Below the pieces are notes generated by a model. That model saw nothing but the letters and a program-made list of their open reading frames with translations. It did no database searches and had not been told where the DNA came from. A stretch of DNA of 64,000 nt, taken from positions 529,218 through 593,217 of the forward strand of contig BFEA01000006.1 of assembly GCA_003427395.1 (NCBI GenBank), read 5' to 3'. Source of the stretch: Chara braunii (Eukaryota > Plantae > Charophyceae). Made by a program: the position numbers and the translations under genes. Shown in pieces: positions 52,236 through 63,833 of this stretch. Each line of letters starts with the position of its first letter. The first letter of the stretch is position 1.

Positions 52236-53673
52236 TCCATGTACAACTGAAGATCGAAGACCAGGAAGACGACGCTTATGTAGACTGCCGCTCAACCACG
52301 GAAGGTCTCTCCTCTCTCCCTCTCTCTCTCATATCCCTCTCATCAACAGTGTGCTCCCCTCACTCAAGGACCACCATCGCCAACCAGCAGCGCTACTATG
52401 GCTGCCTGGCGCCCACTGCCCCTGCAGTGCACCTCTCACTACTAGCGCCCGTGCGCACGACCCAACCTGCAACAACGCAGCAGCGTGACCACATTGCCTA
52501 CCAAGGCCTGAACGAGCTTCCCATCGCTGCTCACTTTCCTATATGGAAAGTGAGGTCACCCTTTGCTGCCTCTGGGCCTAGCTGGGCAAGGATCGTGTAG
52601 CTCTCAGTTGGACCCCAGTATCTGTGCCCAGGCCGAGTTGCAGTTACGCCCTGGGCCCTTCACAAGCGGTTATCGAGTAGCTGAAAATTCAGGAATGAAA
52701 ATTCTGAAGTGAGAGTTTTGGGCAGTCTGAAAATCCTAAATGGTCCTGAAGTGGTGAAAGGTCCGAAGACGCTGAAAACCACCTGTTTAGGTAGGGTGCA
52801 TCCTGAAGTGGTGAAGGGTGTCTTGAAGTGGTCAAGTGAGAGTTTTTGGCAGTCTGAAAATCCTGAATGGTCCTGAAGTGGTGAAAGGTCCGAAGACCAT
52901 GAAAACCACCTTTCACCAGTTGAGGATGCAGTCTGCCTAAACATGTGGTTTTCAGGGTTTTCAGAGTTTTCACCATTTCAGGACCATTCAGGATTTTCAT
53001 ACCTGAATGGTCCTGAAGTGGCGAAAGGTCCGAAGACCGTGAAAACCACCTGTTTAGGCAGGCTGCATCCTGAAGTGGTGATGAAAAATACGACTGTTGT
53101 TAACCTTCTCTCGGACCCTTTACAGTTTAGCACGACCAGAATGTCCACGGCCTCCACATGTTTGTTGCAATCGCATTGGCTTATGGCTGAGATGTGATAA
53201 CAATGCTGAAATCTCATTGGTCTACTACTGTGGTGTGATGTGTCAGCCTCTGGTAGCTCACGCCTAGGGCCTCAACTATATGGGGCCCTGAACTCAACTG
53301 CCTGTCGAGGCTGCAACTACCGGAAAGAGTCTGAAAAGGCTCACATTTCTCTGTAACCAACTCATATGCTGCAAATGTCTAGCATCCAGGGCAAAATGGC
53401 AAAAGTAGGCCTTGCATAATTTTTCCAAGCCCGCCTTCACTTAGGGCGGGTACACTTTATGCTCGGGGCCTCGACATATCAAGGATGAGGCCCTAAAGGG
53501 GCCTGTGTGGGGCATAACCCTTAGAGCCCAGATGAACCCTCAGAAACTGTTGCGTCGAAGATACAAGCCCACACAGAGTTTCACACAACCATTTGACGTG
53601 ATCACACTGGCCTAAACTCAGGCCTTAACACAAATTTGCAGGCCCGCCTTCGGGCGGGCACGGCTTTTACTAG
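52236..53673 (+). mobile_element. non-autonomous Helitron-like element in a PrimPol intron (5' end tentative)
   Basis: 3' hairpin GCCCGCC-TTCG-GGCGGGC (53642-53659), then 10 nt, then CTAG (53670-53673). Confidence 0.55.
52661..53111 (-). mobile_element. second copy of the 4240-4703 element, inverted
   Basis: Ends CACAAGCGGTTATC and GTTAACCTTCTCT. TSD TGGGCCCTT / CGGACCCTT (7/9). Confidence 0.85.
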
Positions 53674-56028
53674 CATTGGCGAGGAGTCAAATCCTTGCAA
53701 ACATCTCTTCAGGTTTCAAAATTCAATCATAATGTTTTAATTTGGTCTACTTCATTTTTTTATCCCAAACCTTCGAAAGTTTTGAACTTGGGTTCATTAT
53801 ACATGTTTCTTATCCTGTGGTGTTTTTCGCATATGTCTATGCAGATTTGTCAACATATTGAAATCAATAAGGGAAAGTTTGCAGCGTACGAAAATCTGTT
53901 TATTGAAACAAAGAAGGGTAGACGATTGTTCATTGACCTCTCATTGGACAAAAAAAAGCAGCTGATGAGGTTGCCATTTTCTATCAAACAAGATCTTTCC
54001 TCATATTTGGAGCCGACAAGTCGTTTTGGTATTCCAAAATCTACGGTATGTTTACAAATATTTTTCATTATAGTTTCTTCATTTTTTTTATTTCTACTGT
54101 TAAGGAATTTAGTGGGTCTCGCTTTACCGTTCGCTCAGGAGGTGACTATCAGTGTTAAGGATTAAGTTGCAGGTACTTTCCAGGGTCCGGTCTCACTCGG
54201 CAAATTATCGGTATTTTTCGGGGTCCGACGTTTTTGTACATCAGGTGTCCGTAGTCCAAAGCCTAGATGCGGCGCCAATGGTGAGAGGTGTATCTTGGGA
54301 TAAAGCAAGGAAGGACATTGGGTGTATGACGCTCTCAAACATGTGGGGTTGATCACTGTAGGGTGGTGCAGGGCTCTAGTGGGGGAGGGTGTTGGGTGAA
54401 GGACGCGCTCAATCGTGCAATTTATCCATAGTGATAGTGTGGCTGGAAGGAGGGGCAACTTCATAACTGTTGCGCACTCCTTAGCGTACGGATGGTAATG
54501 TGGAGACAAGGGACAATCAGTTGAGGAGTGTTGTATCAATCTGAAAGTCTTGTATCAACCTGAGAAAACAAAAATTCCAAAAAACTACGTCACCTTGTAC
54601 GTTTTGTACTCCACCGTACAAAAACGAAAAGACAAAAAATTCAAAATCCAAAAAATCTGGAAAAGAAAATGTTATGCAATAGCGCAAAACAAGCAACATG
54701 TGTTTGGGCATCACCTGCAGATTCTTATTAGAATATAAGAAAAACAAAAAACGGGTAAAAAAAAAAAGTCATACGGGACGCTTAGCGTACGAGTGCAAGA
54801 GTACGAATCCGTACTCGTACGGGGGGGGCATACATGTTGCAACGCAGCTTAAGAGTTTCCTATTGTGTTTTTCTAGAACTTTTTTTTTTCCGTCTTTTCA
54901 GACTTATTATTTTTTGGGTGATCAAGCGGTTTTATTTTTATTATGTGTAGGGGATGTCGCATTTACCTCTTTGATTCATGCCCTTGCATTGATTTTCAGC
55001 CTAGTCGCGACAACTTCACTTGTTGTATTAAATTTTCGTGAAGTAACCAAAAACTAGTTGCTTCTGTGTTTTGTAGATCGAAGATTTGGAGCACATGAGA
55101 AACATGTTCATCACAACTTACGACATGTCTGAGACAAGTGAATTTTCCAAAGGGGTAAGTTCCAGTAAGTTGACCCATGAGTGCACTGAGCAAAGTTTTT
55201 CATACATGTCTGGTTTTCAACGCTATTTAAGGAGTTTGTTTTTCGTAGTTATCGAGATAAACATGTTCCCGAGGGGGAAGGCAAAAGGCGGAGGATTAGG
55301 GGAAGTCAACGGAGGGTGAGGGAAGGTGAAAACGCACTGCATGACAAGATCTGCTTTTTTCGTTGTTGTTTTTTTTCTGTTTCGTTTATGTATGTATGTG
55401 CGAGCGACGATAAAGAGAGAGAGAGAGAGACATGGGGGTGGTGGAACGGTTATGGGGAAGGGGGGGATAAAGGCAAGAGATCGGACCATGTGGTTATGCT
55501 GCGTAATGCTGCGAAACGAAGGTGGGGCCTGGGAGGAAGGTTGCCTCCACCATTAGTGCATCACCTGTCGTATTTGTTTTTCCACGTGAAGCCACAACAG
55601 GTCATGTAGTGTGTACTAATACGTGTCTTCTCTTCATTCACCAGAAAAAAAACGGCTTGGATGAAATTGTTGCTTCTGATGATTAAACATTGAAGACTGA
55701 TTTTATTCAACATGTCTTCAGTTCATATTCTGCAACAAGTCAACCACATAAGATAGCAAGATCGCCATTTCCAGCTCTTGATTGATTCTTTTATTCTCAA
55801 ACTAGCAAGCCAGCATCGTTTGCCCGGTGAAACATGTGAGTTTCTTCTCATGCTTTGTACTCAAACATATGCTTAACTTCTATGGAAGAGGTAGTTTTAA
55901 TTGTTTTCAGTATACCGAAACTTATAATTCTTTGTGGGGTCTTTTTACCATTCGATATGCAAAAAGTTATGTTCTACAACTTTTAAATCAGCATGTATCT
56001 GAATACCTCAATATCATCTTATGTTATA

Positions 56029-56614
56029 GGGAAAAATATTTGAGCTGCCCCTGAAATTTCCATTAATTTTCGTGCATGCCCCGCTGACGTCCGACTTACC
56101 CTGTCGTGCCCCTCTGACAGCGAATGATGTTTCCAGATAACCCCTGGTGTCATCTGGGCCTGAAACGTGTTTCATATGCCCCTACCTGTATCGCTCTTAA
56201 ATTTCCAGTATGCCCCTACCGGATAACCTTTGAGAACCAGCAGAAACATTTCCCATATGCCCTTACCGGTACCGAGCATCTTTACAGCATGACCCTGTGG
56301 CTGATGTTGACACTCTCTACCTTTCCCCTGGCCCTGGGAGAGGATCTTTCTATTGTGCCTCTGATGCAGCATTTTCGGTGGCCTACTGCAAGGGCGTCAC
56401 GAAAAGATGCATACCCCTTGTGAGAGCATTTCGAGGAGGTACCGACGAAACGTCATCCGCGGTCCGGTAAGGGCATAGCGGAAAGTTGTGGCTCATGCTG
56501 ATAGGGGCCTGCAGATGTCTTCTGAGGCACCAGGGGCACAACAGGGTAAGTCGGCCTTCAGAAGGGTACGCAGCAAATTAATGGAAATTTCAGGGGCATC
56601 TCGAAAATTTTCCC
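56029..56614. mobile_element. Mutator-like MITE
   Basis: ~85-bp imperfect TIRs (GGGAAAA...GCCCCTGAAATTTCCATTAATTT). 9-bp TSD TATGTTATA / TATGTTCCA. Confidence 0.85.
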
Positions 56615-57157
56615 TATGTTCCAATACTCTAACATCATCTTATGCCAAGACACTTTTTTCTGACATTTATTTCATTCCTTTTTCGAAAATTCAACAGGTG
56701 CTATAAGGAATGTGACGATGTTCTCAAGAGATCACAATCTTGTTTACAACATCAAGGGCACACGTTACTGCAACAATGTTAAACAACAACACTATAAAAA
56801 TAATGGTGAGTTAAAAAGAAGGGTTGTTTTATATCATCTGCATTGGTTATTTTTTCTTATTTTCAGTTAATATTTGACAGCACTTGAATGAACTAAATTG
56901 TTTGCTGACTGGTTATATTTATTTTTTTTCGTTTCTTTGCCTGTCCTATGTTTTCATAATACTGTGTTATTTTCCAGCAGTTATGTATGTTCTGAATTGC
57001 AATGCACGGGCGTGTCATACAAAATGCCATGACTTCCCCTGCAATGGTACGTTGCTCTCCATTTTATGTTTTTTGTCTCTTGCCCAGCTGCTGATGGGAT
57101 TAAGTTCATGTTTGTGTTTATGAGAGAGATAGAGAGAATGTGTGTGTGTGTGTATGT

Positions 57158-57210
<53 letters not shown>

Positions 57211-57874
57211 GCACAGTATGTGTGAGAGAGAGGGGGAGAGCCTTTGTGTGTGTGTTTGTGTGAGAGAGAGAGACCATGTGTGTGTTTGTGTGTGTGAGTG
57301 AGAGAGAGAGAAAGAAAGAAAGAGCATGTGTTACACTTGCAACACACGTACTTTTTCAGTACCTCTCTAAAACCCCTCCCATTTGCCCCAGTGAAAAAAA
57401 AAAAAAAAAAAAAAAAGAGTTATGGTGTTGCAGTTGCTTGAGGAATCATAGCAGTTTCTTCAGCACCTCCTGTTGTTTCAGCAACTATATGTTTTGCTCA
57501 AACAATGTTCTCCTGCAACTCCTGCAGCACCACTTTCAGCTGAGGCAGAAGCTGCAGCTGCTGCAGTTGGAGCATCTTCAGGTGTTGTTTCACCCATTGC
57601 AACAACTTCTTCTACAGGTGCAACAACATTGCCAGCTATTGCAGGGGTGTGTGTATGTGTATGCAAAAGAGGGAGACATGGGGAGAGACAGAGAGAGAGA
57701 GAGAGAGAGAGTTGCCAGTCCATTCCATTTCAGTGTGTGTGAAAAGTTGGAATTTTTTTTTTTCTCTCTCTCTCGCTCGCTCTCTCTCTCGCTCGCTCTC
57801 TCTCTCGCTTTCTCTCTCTGTATGTGGGTGCATTTTGGGTTTGTCTGTCTTTTTCAATCTATATCAGCTGTCTG

Positions 57875-58500
57875 CAGGGTCACCAGCCCGTACGTACGGA
57901 GGTCCCCGGGCAGACCTCCGTACGTACGGGCGTTTGGGGTCCCGTACGGGGTCCTAACCCGACGGCGTTCGGCCCCCGCCAAAAATTATTTCGGGGCCTA
58001 AAAATATGTTTTTTGTTTTCGAATTTTTTTTGGTGAGTTTTCTATGACGTCACGTACATGCATATAAAGTTTCAAGTCATTTAGCTCAGCCAAATAAGAA
58101 TTAAAAATCGCCAAAGATGGCGGTGTCAAAATGCGCTAGGCCACGTTGTTTTTCACTTTTCACTTTTTGTTTTCACTTTAGTTCGGGGTCTAAATAATTT
58201 TACTATTTTTTTAAATTTTTTGAGTGGGTTTTGCATTATGTAAAGTACACATTTGTAAATTTTCAGGGCCTTTAGCTATGCCAAAAAAAAATAAAAAATC
58301 GTCAAGTATGGCGGTGTCGAAAACGTGATTGTGCACTCACTAAATTTTTTTATTTTTTTATTTTTTGTTATTGTTATTATTAGTATTTATTTTTCGTATT
58401 TTATTTTTATTTCAAATGTGGTAAGGAATTTGGATGTTATGCTCAGACAAATCTTGTTTAATTTATTTTTCTTCATAACATATTTTTTTTCAGATGTTTT

Positions 58501-58532
<32 letters not shown>

Positions 58533-58664
58533 GGGTCCGCGTTCTGCCCGAACGACCAAACGCATCCCCAAGGGGTCCCATACGTTCGGGCGTTCGGGTT
58601 CGGGCGTTCGGGTTCGGGCGTTCGGGTTCGGGCGTTCGGCCCGTCCCGAACGCTGGTTACCCTG
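57875..58664. mobile_element. hAT-like MITE
   Basis: TIRs CAGGGTCACCAGC / CAGGGTAACCAGC. 8-bp TSD GCTGTCTG / GTTGTATG (6/8). Subterminal CGTACG and GTTCGG repeats. Confidence 0.82.
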
Positions 58665-59461
58665 GTTGTATGTGGGATATTTTGTATTTTTCCTCCGCTC
58701 TTTTTTGGTGCATATCTCCGTAGATCCTGTGGTGATGGAATTTTGTTTCCATAATTCGGTTTTCGTAATTTAGATTGCTCGTTTTCGTCGCATTAGGGAC
58801 AAGGCTCCTATGATGACAGTTTCTTTTTCCGTCGTTTTTTAATAATTTTTCAAGGAGGGTATCAGCCAGGGCGGCCCGGCCATGCAAGAGCCAAGGAAGG
58901 TCCAAGTGGGAAAAAAAAAAATGAAAAAGAAGTATGTTATGCGGAAACATAAACTGGGAGTTTTTGGCTCGGGGTTATATCGAAATTCCTTCCCAAATTA
59001 AAGAACAAATAAAGAATATAAATATTTTATTTTCTTTTTAATTTTTGTGGCCTGGTCAAACAAGTGTCACCGGGCAACTCAGGTAGCCTAGTTTTTTAAT
59101 ATTTTATTTTTCAATGGTTTGGTCTTTGTGGCTTTGTGTATGTCCGTCTACAGTGCGCTGCGTCAACAAGATTGCCTTAATTTTATGTTTTTTTTACATT
59201 ATCCTTTTTTTTCATTAAAAAAAGGAAATTGTGGCCCTTCTGTTTCTGTTTGGGCAGGTTATGTGTCACCAAAAGTCAATATTCCTGCACGATGCTTTGA
59301 GATACTTCCAGCTGGTAAGATCCATAATGTTTAATCTTGTGTTGGTATTTTAATTCTTTGTGGTGTGTAAAATTATTGTTTCACATTTGTTTAACTATAT
59401 TGAATGCAGTGATATACTTACTGAGTGCGTGATACTTGATTGTATAGCATTTGGAATGCTT

Positions 59462-59656
59462 TTACTCTATGTATATGAATCAACAACTTTGCAAAATGGG
59501 TTCTCAATGAACAAGCGATGGAGGTGACGTCAGTCCTAAGATTTGTTATAGCAGAATTGCTTGTACTCTATATCTATGAATCAACAACTTTGCAAAATGG
59601 GTTCTGAATGAACAAGCGATGGAGGTGAAGTCAGTCCTCTGATTTGTTATAGTAGA
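59462..59656. repeat. ~101-bp tandem duplication
   Basis: Two near-identical copies of ...atgaatcaacaactttgcaaaatgggttct...gatttgttatag. Confidence 0.9.
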
Positions 59657-60559
59657 TATTGACGTAAAAAACGAGTAATGTTTGTATCTCCGTACAATGG
59701 TCTGAAGTGGTTCATTGGGCATTACATCCGTGTCAAGTCAAAGCGGAGAGTTTCAGTCGCTGTCATAAATCTCCTCATTCATGTGTTCCCATTCTTGTCT
59801 TGTTGGGGTCTGGTTAGCTTTGTACATGCATTAACCTGATGTTGGGGTGCGTCTTTGTGTCCCGGTGCGGCCAAGCCAACCTGTCTGCCCTTCTTCTTTT
59901 AGTGTATATAGTTTTTAGGTATTTGGCCCCATCGCATCTAGTCTTGGGCATTGGGCCCTAGTGAGATGGATGAACCTAATGATGGGACAACTCATTCTGC
60001 CTCCGTGTGAGCAAGTTTACTTGTTTGATTGTTTTCTTTTAGTGTGTGCAGTTTTGTGCATTGGACCCCATTGGGAGCAGGCTTTGAGTTGCAGTTCGTT
60101 TAATTAGTATTGAATTACAGTTCGTAAAAAAATTGTCAAAAACTCGTCATCTGACCTATTCACTTTTGTGTTATTTCTATGCGTGTTTTTTTTTCTTGCA
60201 GGTATCACTCCTTTGGTATCTGTCTCGAATGTTGCAAAAGGCAAAAAATGTTGATACCTTTGCACGCCTGTCGGTATGAATGATCCTCGTTCCTGCAGTT
60301 TGCCCTGCCAACAATTCGAAGGGCAAATATTTCGGTCGTTTGGCCCTGTCATGATTGATCCTCTCCTTTGTTCTGAAATGGAAAAGGGGAATCAGATTAT
60401 GATTAAATTTTGTAGGTAGTAGTTATTGTGACCACCACCCTGGTCTTGAATTTGAATCTCATAATTGACGAATAATGTGTTGGACCTTGTACTAATCGTG
60501 ATTCGAACTTGGGTCCGACTGTTGAAAGTAGTCCAGGATTGTTTTTCAGTTGTACTTCT

Positions 60560-62062
60560 CGCTTGAGGGCTCGATCCTAGTATCGGCAGGTGACATTATA
60601 ACAGAGATTGTGAACGACGTCTCGGCAGTTTGGAAGACAAGGTTTCGAAGATCATGATTCGGCACCAGGCCGAGGAGAACAGAGACCGTAAACGACATCA
60701 AGCCGAGGAACTTGCTACTCGGGAGAAAGAGGAGTTGTTAAGGGTGGAGAGAAAAAAGAAGAATCGTTGGAAAGCGGAGCAGGAGATTGAAAAATTGAAG
60801 ATGGCGCTGTCAAGGATGGAGATGGAGCGACGACATCGTACGCCTGAAACGAACCTACGTGACAAACTTGAGGAGGTGGCGAAGGGATCTGTCCGGAAGT
60901 CAGCAAAAGAGAAGGAACCGGTGGAGCAAGGACCTGTAACCGTGAAGCTTTCGTTGTTGACAACAGACGACAATTGAGAGGGTTAAAAAAGGAAGAGGTT
61001 CTTGCGATTTGTTCCAAGGAGGGAATCACTTACACTACTCTGGATCGTGCTAAGACATTGTCAACAAGAAAACAACGTAAGCGTTTGGTGAGCAAGGCCC
61101 GGTGGACATCCCCGATGACTCCATCAGTTCTGCAGATATCGTGAAGATTGGTAATGGGGAGACTGTTTCTTAGTGTCTATCCCGAGTGCAACCCATTTAT
61201 GGCATTTGGCTAATTGGTGCAGTAACCTTCGATCTTCTCTCCCTCGCCTCCTACGCTGTCGGGCTGTGAATCTATTGTTTGTTTAATTGTGATTCTTTTG
61301 ATTGTGACTGACCAGATTCCATGGGCTTATAAGTTCAAGGATTCAATTCTTCAGTTGATTGATGATGGTTTGAATCTGAGTAAGTGTGAAATCTTGTTGG
61401 TTTATATTCTTGTCTCGCCATGGTCTTGCCATGTTTATGTCGGTCAAACCCGTAGGGATCTGTGTACACGATGGAATGAACACGTGTTTCGTACACAACA
61501 TGTAGCTGTCGTAGAAGGAGGGAAGCATATTGAGCACTTGTATCGTTGGTTGGGAGGGTGCAAAATTCACCAATATGTTGTTATTCCTGTTTGCTCTAGT
61601 GACATCAATATCGTCGACAATTGTGAGAAGTTTTTTATCTGGCAGTCATGTCCTTTCTTGAACGTCCGTGATAAACCTACCAGACCTAGGAGAGGTCATT
61701 AAGGGCTTTGTGAAAGGCTACGTGCTAAGAAAAGAATTGGTAATGTTGTGAATGATGTGAATAATCCCTGCAATGATCGTTCTCTCGTCAAGTTTGTTTC
61801 TAGTTCAGGTGGGCCTTCGGTAAGTCTTCGCCAGATTCTGGATGATTGCCACAGTAAAGGAGTACATTCTTGTATTGTTGTCTACTGCGGTGGCTCTCTT
61901 CTTTGTGCTCAGTGGAAGGTACTTCGGACGTGTTCTGGTTCTGCAGTTATTTCTTGTAAATTTGGTGACCGACAACTACGTAGAGCTCGTGAGTGGTTGA
62001 TTGGTGGCCTTACCCTTAGCTTTGTCTCTATTACTCCCTTGTCAATTCGTCTGGCACGGTGA
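60560..62062 (+). mobile_element. Penelope-like element 5' fragment: coiled-coil ORF followed by N-terminal GIY-YIG endonuclease; RT not present
   Basis: ORF 61289-61702 has VYILVSPWSCHVYVGQTRRDLCTRWNEH...LYRWL...CEKFFI...FLN. Upstream is a charged coiled-coil ORF (60630-60977). Confidence 0.7.
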
Positions 62063-62258
62063 ATCATATGTGTGCATTAAAATTTTTGGTTATTTAAAAT
62101 TTTGAAAACCTTCTCTCTATTTTTAATTTTTATATGTTTTTTTTAATTGTAATATCTGAATTTTTTATTTTTTTCTCACCATTAAATCGCCAGTGCCTCC
62201 GACCTTGTTTTTTTAAAACCTTGATTTTCACTATTCACGGGGTTGAAAACCTTGAGGC

Positions 62259-63775
62259 TCAGACAACCCCATATATGGACCGATAGGTAATCTGAAAGTG
62301 TTGGATCCACCTGAAGTGGCTGAACCGCCCGAAGGCGGTTTCTGACAACCCCATGTATGGACCGACAGACAATCTGAAATTGGTATATAAACCTGAACTG
62401 GTTGAACCGCCTGAAGACGGTTTCAGAGAACTCCATGTATGCATCCACAGGCAACTGAAATTGGTGTAGTAACCTGAAGTGGCTGAACCGCCTGAAGGCG
62501 GTTTCATACAACCTCATGTATAGACCGACAGGTAATCTGAAAGTGTTGGATCCACATTAAGTGGTTGAACCGCCCGAAGGCGGTTTCAGACAACCCCATG
62601 TATGGACCTACAGGCAATTTGAAATTGATATATAAACCTGAACTGGTTGAACCGCCTAAGGGCGGTTTCAGAGAACTCCACGTATGCATCCATAGGAAAT
62701 CTGAAATTTGTGTAGTAACCTGAAGTGGTTGAACCGCCTCAAGGCGGTTTCAGACAACCCCATGTAAGCATTCATAGTGAATCTGAAAGTGGTATACGAA
62801 TCTGAAGTGGCCGAACTGCCCGAAGGCGGTTTCAGACAGCCCCATCTATGTAACGACATGGAATCTGAAATCAGTATATAAACCTGAACTGGCTGAACCA
62901 CCTGAAGGCGTTTTCAGATAACTCCATGTATGCATCCATAGGCAATCTGAAATTGGTGTAGCAACCTGAAGTGGTTGAACCGCCTGAAGGCGGTTTCAGA
63001 CAACCCCATGTATGGACCGACAGGCAATCTGAGAGTGTTGGATCCACCTGAAGTGGATGAACCGTCTGAAGGCGGCCATGTATGCATCCACAGACAGTAT
63101 GAAATTGGTATATGAACCTAAAGTGGTTGAACCACCTGAAGGCGGTTTCAGAGAGCTCCATGTATGCATCCACAAGCAATATGAAATTGGTGTAGTAACC
63201 TAAAGTGGCTGAACCGCCTCAAGGCAGTTTCAGACAACCCCATGTATGCATCCATAGTGAATCTGAAAGTGTTGTATCAACCTGAAGTGGCTGAACCGCC
63301 TGAAGGCGGTTTCAGACAACCCCATGTATGCATCCACAGGCAATATGAAATTGGCACATTAACCTGAAGTGGTTGAACCGCTTGAAGGCAATTTCAGACA
63401 ACCCCATGTAAGCATCCATAGTAATCTGAAAGTGGTAAACGAATCTGAAATGGTTGAACCACCTGAAGGCAGTTTCAGACAACCCCATGTATGGACCGAC
63501 AGGGAATCTGAAAGTGTTGGATCCACCTGAAGTGGTTGAACCGCCTGAAGGCGATTTCAGACAACCCCATGTAAGCATCCATAGTGAATCTGAAAGTGTT
63601 ATACGAATCAAAAGTGGTTGAACCGCATGTATGAACCGTCTAGTGAGACTAGACGAGGCAACAGGCAATCTGAAATTGGAGTAGTAACCTAAAGTGGTTG
63701 TTTCAGACAACCCCATGTATGGACCGTCTAGTGAGACTAGACAAGGCTAAAAGGAAACCTGAAAATATATGCACC
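62259..63775. repeat. ~82-bp satellite (~18 units) with internal palindrome AACCGCC-TGAA-GGCGGTT
   Basis: TCAGACAACCCC-type anchors recur at 62259, 62341, 62423, 62503, 62586, 62667, 62750 and onward. Confidence 0.92.
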
Positions 63776-63779
63776 CGTC

Positions 63780-63821
<42 letters not shown>

Positions 63822-63833
63822 TATTATTATTAT

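Larger units (their letters stand above)
49363..60254 (+). pseudogene. PRIMPOL: divergent PrimPol (archaeo-eukaryotic primase-polymerase with UL52-like Zn finger), nine exons
   Basis: GT-AG exons join in phase: 49363-49629 (ERR/FEYSPDFLHVMHTYKDM..RLLYEQIDH), 51790-52050 (CHLYFDLEF, DSSREDKFSRHL), 53845-54045 (LFIDLS..MRLPFSIK), 55077-55154, 55645-55826 (SPFPALD), 56698-56805 (LVYNIKGTRYCNNVKQQH), 56981-57046 (KCHDFPC), 59258-59314, 60202-60254. Lesions: TAA 51928-51930, TAA 55684-55686, a TGAT duplication at ~55783 and a +1 frameshift at ~49539. The last exon is less certain. Confidence 0.9.

Noticed and set aside
49363-60254. the functional host PRIMPOL gene
   Set aside because: It has at least two in-frame stops and two frameshifts, and it is strongly diverged from conserved plant motifs (for example VYSRNR is replaced by LDKKKQ).
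62107-62116. AACCTTCTCT as the right terminus of a giant element enclosing the PrimPol gene
   Set aside because: It is only a 10-bp match lacking the GTTGTT context, and I found no matching TSD or left end.
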